Positions 26,389-32,000 of a DNA stretch of 32,000 bases are shown in pieces. Positions within the stretch are counted from its first letter, which is position 1, and the number at the start of each line of letters is the position of its first letter. Origin of the DNA: Corynebacterium glutamicum ATCC 13032 (GTDB lineage: Bacteria > Actinomycetota > Actinomycetes > Mycobacteriales > Mycobacteriaceae); contig NC_003450.3 in assembly GCF_000011325.1 (NCBI RefSeq), positions 270,001-302,000 of the forward strand. The letters are read 5' to 3'. Both the position numbers and the translations under genes were made by a program. The notes beneath the pieces were generated by a model. It did no database searches. It was not told where the DNA came from and saw nothing but the letters and a program-made list of their open reading frames with translations.

Positions 26389-27054
26389 TCCAACAGCCTA
26401 GCGATAACCCCGGGAATCGTGAACCCAAGACTCCAACAATGTCAGCCAATCTTTATTTATTCGACTGTGCGTTACTGCTGACAGTCGGCATGCTTTGGGA
26501 ATCCACCAGGCAAGCTATAGGGGACTGTAGAGCTGACGTTCGGAAAACGTGCAGAAAACCACGAACTGCAGTCCGGAAAGCGCCCCACTGGCCCTTCGCC
26601 GGCAGCCACAGAGGGGTTAGACCATTTATTCGCAACTGTGCTTACACCCAAGAATTCTCCAACAAGAAAAATCCCTCTATCAACATTTTAAGTGAATGAC
26701 CTTAAGGGTTTGCGGAATGCGATCCATGTTCCAACTCGCCTCAAGCGGTATGTGTGAAGCAGGTTTGAAGCCAGTGATGACCTCTGATGGGGTTAGTTTG
26801 TGGCAATTTCGGGGCTGGCTGAAATGCCTAATTTTCCAAAACTGAATTTAATGAGTTGAGCTGTGGTAAGACTAGTGAACTGCAGATATGTTGGACAATT
26901 GTAAAGTCCTCTCGTTGGAGGCTTGGCAGTGTGGCCATAAAAGTATTGCCCCCGTTGGTGTGATGCATTCGACAGCAAATTGGCTGTGTGACTACACTTG
27001 CGAGTGTATTAAGTATTAGGCCGTGCATATGTAGCGCATTTTAAGGAGATTGTC

Positions 27055-27405
27055 ATGACGTCTGTGATTCCAGAGCAGCGCAACAACCCCTTTTATAGGG
27101 ACAGCGCCACAATTGCTTCCTCGGACCACACAGAGCGTGGTGAGTGGGTCACTCAGGCAAAGTGTCGAAATGGCGACCCAGATGCATTGTTTGTTCGTGG
27201 TGCAGCGCAACGCCGAGCAGCAGCAATTTGCCGCCACTGCCCTGTAGCCATGCAGTGCTGCGCCGATGCCTTAGATAACAAGGTGGAATTCGGAGTCTGG
27301 GGAGGCCTGACCGAGCGCCAGCGCCGTGCATTGCTTCGAAAGAAGCCGCACATTACTAACTGGGCTGAATATTTGGCTCAGGGGGGCGAGATCGCCGGGG
27401 TTTAA
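27055..27405 (+). CDS. whcA: WhiB-family Fe-S redox-sensing transcription factor (WhcA / WhiB4 ortholog)
   Basis: Four conserved cysteines (C..C..C.....C within KCRNG...ICRHCPVAMQCC), the GVWGG turn and a basic tail. An AAGGAG RBS lies 6 nt upstream. The gene diverges from the class A PBP, as with ponA2-whiB4 in mycobacteria. Confidence 0.92.
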   Translation: MTSVIPEQRNNPFYRDSATIASSDHTERGEWVTQAKCRNGDPDALFVRGAAQRRAAAICRHCPVAMQCCADALDNKVEFGVWGGLTERQRRALLRKKPHITNWAEYLAQGGEIAGV

Positions 27406-27417
27406 TTAATTTCAAGG

Positions 27418-27445
27418 GCTGGCCATTAACGTGGTCGGCTTTTTT
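27418..27445 (+). terminator. Rho-independent terminator of whcA
   Basis: GCTGGCCA (27418-27425) pairs with TGGTCGGC (27432-27439), an 8-bp stem with two G.U pairs. TTTTTT follows at 27440-27445. Confidence 0.6.
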
Positions 27446-27452
27446 GATTCAG

Positions 27453-27530
27453 GGCGCACCCCAGGCGCACCCCAGGCGCACCCCAGCGCACCACAGGCGC
27501 ACCCCAGCGCACCACAGGCGCACCAGCCCA
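27453..27530. repeat. Tandem array of seven GCGCACC-core repeats spaced 11, 11, 10, 11, 10 and 11 bp
   Basis: GGCGCACCCCA occurs three times (27453-27485). The 21-bp unit GCGCACCACA+GGCGCACCCCA spans 27486-27506, and a degenerate second copy follows: GCGCACCACA (27507-27516) then GGCGCACCAGCCCA (27517-27530). Cores start at 27454, 27465, 27476, 27486, 27497, 27507 and 27518. Confidence 0.95.
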
Positions 27531-27630
27531 GCACAAGAGCCAACGCAAGTGTCAGGCACGCCAGCAAAGGGGCTAGCAAGAAGCACGCCCCCGAAGCCTT
27601 AGAAATGCGTTCCCCGGTAGGATGATTGCC

Positions 27631-27786
27631 ATGACTAAATGGGAATACGCAACTGTGCCTTTGATTACGCATGCAACTAAGCAGATCCTCGATACTTGGG
27701 GTGAGGACGGCTGGGAGTTGGTCTCGGTCATGCCTGGTATGAACCCTGAGAACCTCGTTGCTTACATGAAGCGTGAGGTGGCTTAG
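27631..27786 (+). CDS. Small conserved protein (51 aa), DUF4177-like; absent from the supplied ORF track
   Basis: ATG 27631 is preceded by AGGA at 27620-27623. The translation is MTKWEYATVPLITHATKQILDTWGEDGWELVSVMPGMNPENLVAYMKREVA, ending at TAG 27784-27786. It ends 5 nt before the ridA-like gene. The WEY...GWEL pattern matches DUF4177 proteins as I recall them. Confidence 0.75.
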   Translation: MTKWEYATVPLITHATKQILDTWGEDGWELVSVMPGMNPENLVAYMKREVA

Positions 27787-27791
27787 TTCTT

Positions 27792-28253
27792 ATGGCTTCT
27801 AATTCCGAACGCCTTGCAGAGCTGGGCATTTCTCTTCCTTCCGTTGCAGCGCCTGTTGCTGCGTATGTTCCTGCGATTCAGACCGGTAACCAGGTGTGGA
27901 CTTCTGGTCAGCTGCCTTTCGTTGATGGTCAGCTTCCGGCCACCGGCAAGGTTGGCGCTGAGGTTTCCGCTGAGGATGCGGAGAAGTTGGCTCGTGCGGC
28001 TGCGCTAAACGCTCTTGCTGCGATTGATGCGCTTGTTGGCATTGATAAGGTCACTCGCGTTTTGAAGATTGTTGGTTTCGTGGCGTCTGCTGATGATTTC
28101 AGTGGTCAGCCTGCTGTCGTCAACGGTGCTTCCAATTTGATGGGTGAGGTTTTCGGCGAGGCTGGGGCGCATGCGCGTTCTGCTGTGGGCGTGGCGGAGT
28201 TGCCGCTCAACTCGCCTGTCGAGGTCGAGGTTATCGTCGAGATCGCGCAGTAG
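27792..28253 (+). CDS. RidA/YjgF/L-PSP-family protein (reactive enamine/imine deaminase family)
   Basis: 153 aa. The segments YVPAIQTGNQVWTSGQLP and ARSAVGVAELPLNSPVEVEVIVEI match the RidA-family fold signature. Confidence 0.85.
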   Translation: MASNSERLAELGISLPSVAAPVAAYVPAIQTGNQVWTSGQLPFVDGQLPATGKVGAEVSAEDAEKLARAAALNALAAIDALVGIDKVTRVLKIVGFVASADDFSGQPAVVNGASNLMGEVFGEAGAHARSAVGVAELPLNSPVEVEVIVEIAQ

Positions 28254-28268
28254 CACGCTTTTCGACGC

Positions 28269-28307
28269 AAAATGCCGGTTCCGCACTTCGTGCGAAACCG
28301 GCATTTT
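28269..28307. terminator. Bidirectional terminator
   Basis: AATGCCGGTTCCGCAC, then TTC, then GTGCGAAACCGGCATT, followed by TTTT and preceded by AAA. It lies between convergent genes. Confidence 0.8.
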
Positions 28308-28328
28308 TAAATTGACCCTATCGTCCCC

Positions 28329-29684
28329 TTAGTGTTCGTAAGTAGAAAGATCGTGGTCTTTTGATTCTCTGGTGATTGCGATGGCGATGATGGACACTAG
28401 GGACATCGTTGCGAGGAAGACGATGACTGGGGTGACAGAGGTTCCGCCGCCTGGTCCCGCGTAGAGGCTAGCCAGGATGGTTGGGGTGAATCCTGCACCG
28501 ATGAGCGTGGCCAACTGGTAACCCAGGGATGCGCCTGTGTAGCGCGCGGAGGTTCCGAATTGTTCGGAGATAAACGCTGCTAGTGGGCCGTAAAGCATGG
28601 CGTGGAGTGCGAGCGCGATGGTGAATGCCGAGAGCAGGATGAACCAGTTGTCTGAGGTGAGCATCCGGAAGAATGCCGGCAGGTAGGCCACGAACAGTAC
28701 GAGCGCGATGATCATGACGGGTCGGCGTCCGAAGAGGTCGGATACGCGACCGAAGAGGATCACAAAGAAGACAGAGAACACTGAGGCGACTGCGAAGGCG
28801 TAGAGGACGCTGGATCTTTCGATGCCGGATTGTGTTGCGTAGCTGATGGAGAAGGTGGACAAGAGAACTTGAAGTCCGAATCCTGATGCGCCGCCAAGCA
28901 TGGTCAAGATCAGTGCCTTTGGTCGGCGAAGAACCTGCAAGAGGGGGACTTTACGTTCGGTTGGCTTGGCTTTTTCGGCGGCCGCTGCAGCTGCGAACAG
29001 TGGTGATTCGCTAACTTTCGCGCGGATAACCAAGCCGACAATCAGCAGAACGAAAGAGAGCAGGAATGGGATGCGCCAACCCCATGAAAGGAATTGCTCC
29101 TGGGTGAGAACAGCAGATGCGGTACCGAGCGCGAAGGTTCCCAGTGCAGCGCCGGTTGGTGCACCAGCGTTGGTGAAGGAGGCGGCGAATCCGCGCTTCT
29201 TGGAATCTGAGTGCTCGAGCGCCATGAGGGCAGCTCCGCCCCATTCGCCACCGACAGCGATGCCTTGGCAGATGCGCAGCATGATCAGGATTACCGCGCC
29301 CATGCTTCCGATCATTTCAGCGCTTGGGACAAGGCCGATGCATGTGGATGCCACACCCATGATGAGCATGGACAACACAAGCATCTTCTTGCGTCCAAGA
29401 CGGTCACCGAAGTGTCCGAAGATTGCTCCACCAAGTGGCCTAGCTAAATAACCTGCGGCGAAGGTTCCGTAGGCGGCAATGGTTCCAGCCAGCGGATCGA
29501 GATTGGTAAAGAACACTGCGGGGAATACCGTCGCGGAGGCTGCGGCATATAACAGGAAGTCATAGAACTCGATCGTGGAGCCCAAGTAGCTGGATATAAT
29601 CGCGCGCCGGGATTCTGATTTTCTTTGCTTCGGGCTGAGGTTTTGTAATTCAGCGATCGGCGAAGCTGTGGAAGATGTAGTCAT
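28329..29684 (-). CDS. phdT: MFS transporter (metabolite:H+ symporter type), phenylpropanoid uptake PhdT
   Basis: 12-TM MFS protein with motifs GHFGDRLGRKKML and GRVSDLFGRRP. ATG 29684 is preferred (GGAGAA 5 nt upstream) over TTG 29696. It lies downstream of the acyl-CoA ligase on the same strand, as in the C. glutamicum phd cluster. Confidence 0.8.
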   Translation of the reverse strand: MTTSSTASPIAELQNLSPKQRKSESRRAIISSYLGSTIEFYDFLLYAAASATVFPAVFFTNLDPLAGTIAAYGTFAAGYLARPLGGAIFGHFGDRLGRKKMLVLSMLIMGVASTCIGLVPSAEMIGSMGAVILIMLRICQGIAVGGEWGGAALMALEHSDSKKRGFAASFTNAGAPTGAALGTFALGTASAVLTQEQFLSWGWRIPFLLSFVLLIVGLVIRAKVSESPLFAAAAAAEKAKPTERKVPLLQVLRRPKALILTMLGGASGFGLQVLLSTFSISYATQSGIERSSVLYAFAVASVFSVFFVILFGRVSDLFGRRPVMIIALVLFVAYLPAFFRMLTSDNWFILLSAFTIALALHAMLYGPLAAFISEQFGTSARYTGASLGYQLATLIGAGFTPTILASLYAGPGGGTSVTPVIVFLATMSLVSIIAIAITRESKDHDLSTYEH

Positions 29685-29722
29685 TGCGTTCTCCAAGTGT
29701 TTTCAAAGTGACGTTGGGGGGT

Positions 29723-31261
29723 TTATGAAACGGGGATGGTGAAGTCTCGCAGGATGTTCTTTTGGATTTTGCCTGTGGCGTTGCGGGGGAGTTCTTCGAT
29801 GATGTGGATTTCTCGTGGAAGTTTGTATCTGGCTAGGACACTGCCTAGTAGTTCTCGTAGTTCCGGTCCGGTTGGTGGGTTGGTCAGGTAGCTTTCTCGG
29901 ATGGAGACAAAGGCGATGCCAGTTTCGCCCCATCGTTCATCGGGGACTCCGATGACTGCGGCATCAAGGACTGCTTCCAGTTCCTGGAGTGCTTGTTCGA
30001 CTTCTGCGGGGTAAATGTTTTCGCCGCCGGAGATGTACATGTCTTTGATGCGGTCTTTGATGGTGTAGTAGCCGTCTTCATCTTTGATGGCGATATCTCC
30101 GGAGTGGTACCAGCCATTTTGTAGTGCGCTGGCGGTGTCTTCTGGTCGGTTCCAGTATCCGGTCATCACATGTGGTCCGCGGATGAGAACTTCGCCGGCC
30201 TCTCCGGTGGGGACTTCTTCGCCGGTTTTCGGGTCCACTAGTTTGATGTCGGTGAAGAAGTGGGCTCGACCTGCGGTTCCAAGGTGTGTGCTTGTGTCTG
30301 TTGCCTCGAGGATACAGGCGCCCGGTGCGGTTTCTGTCATGCCGAAGCCTTGGACAATTTTTACGTCGCGTCCTTGCCAGATTCGCAGCGCACGTTCGCT
30401 AAGGGGAGAGCCGCCCACCATGATGGCGCGAAGGGAAGAAAGGTCGCGTTCGGCAAATGATGGGTGGTTGGACAACATGTCGATCATCGCTGGCACCATG
30501 AAGGATTCGGATACCTTGGAGCGTTCGATTTCGTCGAGGACGTGCTCTGCCCGGAATTCGCGGTGGATGATCACCTTTCCGCCCTTCATCATCACCGGGA
30601 TGGTGGTCATGTTGAGGCCCGCGATGTGGAATAACGGCGCAGTGGATAAAAGTACCGCGCCTTGTTCAATTTCCTGGCTGAGCAGGGCATTGAAGTAGTT
30701 AAAGAAGAGGTTTCGGTGGGATAACATGGCGCCCTTTGGGCGGCCAGTGGTTCCGGAGGTGTACATGAGCAGCGCGATGTCATCATCGCTGACTTCTAGG
30801 TCGATGTCGGCGTCGCTCGCCGCTTCAATAAGCGCTTTTCGACGCAAACCTGGACCCTCATCGCCTTCAACGGCCACCATGATGATCTCTGGATGGAGTT
30901 CTTGGAGGTAAGTGGCGTGCTCGATGAGGTCGATTCCGTAAAACACGATGCTCGCACCGCTGTCTTGGATGATGTAATCGATTTCGTTTGCCGATAGGCG
31001 AGGGTTAACAAGCACGGGTGTTGCCCCAATGAGGTTCGTTGAAAAGAACACTTCTAGCAGGGCAGGGTGGTTGAATCCGACATAAGCTACTCGATCTTGG
31101 TGCGCAACGCCGAGGTCTAGAAGAGCATGTCCAAGCCGATTGACTCGTTTGCTGAATTCTCCGTAGGTGATGCTGGTGCCTTCGAATTCGATTGCAGTGG
31201 ACTCTGGTCGAACAGTTGCCCTGCGTCGTGGGTAGCTTCCTATTCCGAGGTTCACTTTCAT
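29723..31261 (-). CDS. phdA: Acyl/aryl-CoA ligase (AMP-forming), PhdA
   Basis: AMP-binding motif YTSGTTGRPKGAML. Further motifs are GFGMTE, YHSGDIA and the C-terminal PRNATGKIQK. An AAGGAGA RBS is present. Confidence 0.88.
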   Translation of the reverse strand: MKVNLGIGSYPRRRATVRPESTAIEFEGTSITYGEFSKRVNRLGHALLDLGVAHQDRVAYVGFNHPALLEVFFSTNLIGATPVLVNPRLSANEIDYIIQDSGASIVFYGIDLIEHATYLQELHPEIIMVAVEGDEGPGLRRKALIEAASDADIDLEVSDDDIALLMYTSGTTGRPKGAMLSHRNLFFNYFNALLSQEIEQGAVLLSTAPLFHIAGLNMTTIPVMMKGGKVIIHREFRAEHVLDEIERSKVSESFMVPAMIDMLSNHPSFAERDLSSLRAIMVGGSPLSERALRIWQGRDVKIVQGFGMTETAPGACILEATDTSTHLGTAGRAHFFTDIKLVDPKTGEEVPTGEAGEVLIRGPHVMTGYWNRPEDTASALQNGWYHSGDIAIKDEDGYYTIKDRIKDMYISGGENIYPAEVEQALQELEAVLDAAVIGVPDERWGETGIAFVSIRESYLTNPPTGPELRELLGSVLARYKLPREIHIIEELPRNATGKIQKNILRDFTIPVS

Positions 31262-31303
31262 TCTCCTTTGTGCTTTAGATCACGTTTGAAGTCATTAAAA
31301 GCG

Positions 31304-31338
31304 TAAACGTTTAAAAAGTCAATCGTTTAAAAAACGTT
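31304..31338. promoter_or_regulatory. AT-rich palindromes and direct repeats in the phdA promoter region (candidate MarR/PhdR operator)
   Basis: Perfect palindrome TAAACGTTTA at 31304-31313. CGTTTAAAAA is repeated at 31308-31317 and 31324-31333. AACGTT lies at 31333-31338. All lie 40-80 nt upstream of the phdA start codon. Confidence 0.3.
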
Positions 31339-31466
31339 CTATAGGAAAATTCATCACTCCACAGGGTTTCGGGGGTGGTGATAATCGCTCTTAGCTGCAC
31401 CTTTGTGGATCCTTGCAATAAGTTTGCCCCCGATCTTCACAATTGTGCCGATCTCTAATTGGCATG

Positions 31467-31494
31467 AAAAAACCGGCCATGTGAACATGGCCGG
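31467..31494 (-). terminator. Rho-independent terminator of phdR
   Basis: The minus strand reads CCGGCCATG-TTCA-CATGGCCGG followed by TTTTTT. This comprises the plus-strand arms at 31473-31481 and 31486-31494 plus the A-run at 31467-31472. It lies 15 nt after the phdR stop. Confidence 0.8.
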
Positions 31495-31508
31495 CGTGGT
31501 TAAGAGAC

Positions 31509-31976
31509 TTAAAAGGCGATTTTGAGCAGCAGTTCCCTTAGTTGTTCTTGCTCGTCGGAGGTGAGGTTTTTTAGAGATTCACCCTCGGCGATGAGGAGGC
31601 GTTTGGTGGCTTCGTCGTGAATTTCCAGACCTTTTTCGGTGGCGATGATGATCTTCGAGCGCCTATCCCGGGGGTCAACTTCCCGGGCCACTAATCCGCG
31701 CTTTTCTAGGAAATCGACCAAGGCAACAATCTGACTTGGGTCTAGGTCGAGAAATGCTCCCAATTCTCGTTGGGTTGGTTTTAATCCGCTGGCCGCTAGG
31801 GACAGTGTGGAGTATTGGCGAACTTTAAGTCCGAGGTCGACTAAGGCTTCGTTTCCTTTGGCGGATCCCTTGGCTCGTGCGCGGGCAGTGAGGAATTGAA
31901 TCTGCTGGGACAATTCGGCCTCGAGGAATCGTTCTGGTCCGCCAATGATCTCGGCGGTGGGGTTGCTGGTGGTCAT
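31509..31976 (-). CDS. phdR: MarR-family transcriptional repressor (PhdR)
   Basis: 155 aa. The winged helix-turn-helix segment is LKPTQRELGAFLDLDPSQIVALVDFLEKRGLVAREVDPRDRRSKII, containing the MarR D-x-R-x5-L-T/E-like motif. The gene is adjacent to phdA-phdT. Confidence 0.85.
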   Translation of the reverse strand: MTTSNPTAEIIGGPERFLEAELSQQIQFLTARARAKGSAKGNEALVDLGLKVRQYSTLSLAASGLKPTQRELGAFLDLDPSQIVALVDFLEKRGLVAREVDPRDRRSKIIIATEKGLEIHDEATKRLLIAEGESLKNLTSDEQEQLRELLLKIAF

Positions 31977-32000
31977 AGTGGCTCCATGTGAACTGGCTGA

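Noticed and set aside
26352-26699. 115-aa ORF in the pbp1a-whcA spacer
   Set aside because: It starts within the pbp1a 5' end on the opposite strand, has no SD at either candidate ATG, and has no recognisable features. I flagged the region as a long regulatory spacer instead.
27453-27530. Possible CRISPR array
   Set aside because: The units are only 10-11 bp and are contiguous, with no spacers. No cas genes are present in the window. It is a micro/minisatellite-type tandem repeat, not a CRISPR array.
27412-27672. Two ORFs (27412..27672 minus, 27431..27625 plus) spanning the tandem repeat
   Set aside because: Their length comes from the stop-free repeat, which translates to APQAHPS or GALGCAC repeats. 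They run through the whcA terminator and into the DUF4177 start, and they lack an RBS. I treat them as non-coding.
30084-30698. 204-aa ORF antisense to phdA
   Set aside because: It lies inside the acyl-CoA ligase gene, is a Ser/Arg/Pro-rich antisense artefact, and has no start signals.

Overview
This window looks like a core chromosomal segment of Corynebacterium glutamicum or a very close relative. That identification comes from recognising the protein sequences and gene order from memory; no search was run.

Gene order, left to right:
- lysC (3' part) and asd
- a low-GC ORFan membrane protein
- sigC (-) and katA
- a small secreted protein (-), lrp (-), brnFE, and a paralogous small secreted protein (-)
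- arsR (-), then acr3 and arsC
- a six-gene Mrp cation/proton antiporter operon (-)
- a YhgE/Pip-like membrane protein
- a DUF559 endonuclease-like gene (-)
- an operon on the minus strand encoding a small acidic-tail protein, a sensor kinase and a response regulator
- dedA, tRNA-Pro(CGG) (-), a metallophosphoesterase (-) and yqeY
- class A PBP1a (-), diverging from whcA/whiB4
- a small DUF4177 ORF that is absent from the ORF track, followed by a RidA-family gene
- the start of the phenylpropanoid (phd) cluster: phdT, phdA and phdR, all on the minus strand

I found no transposase, integrase, CRISPR array or recognisable defence system.

The features least explained by known biology are:
1. A 1.8 kb low-GC insertion after asd. 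It carries an unrecognisable 478-aa protein with four C-terminal transmembrane segments.
2. A helically phased array of seven GCGCACC repeats (10/11-bp spacing) in front of the DUF4177-ridA pair.
3. Two paralogous 97-aa secreted proteins that bracket lrp-brnFE.
4. A membrane-anchored protein with a proline-rich linker and a poly-Asp/Trp tail, encoded directly upstream of the two-component system.

All functional interpretations of these four are inference.
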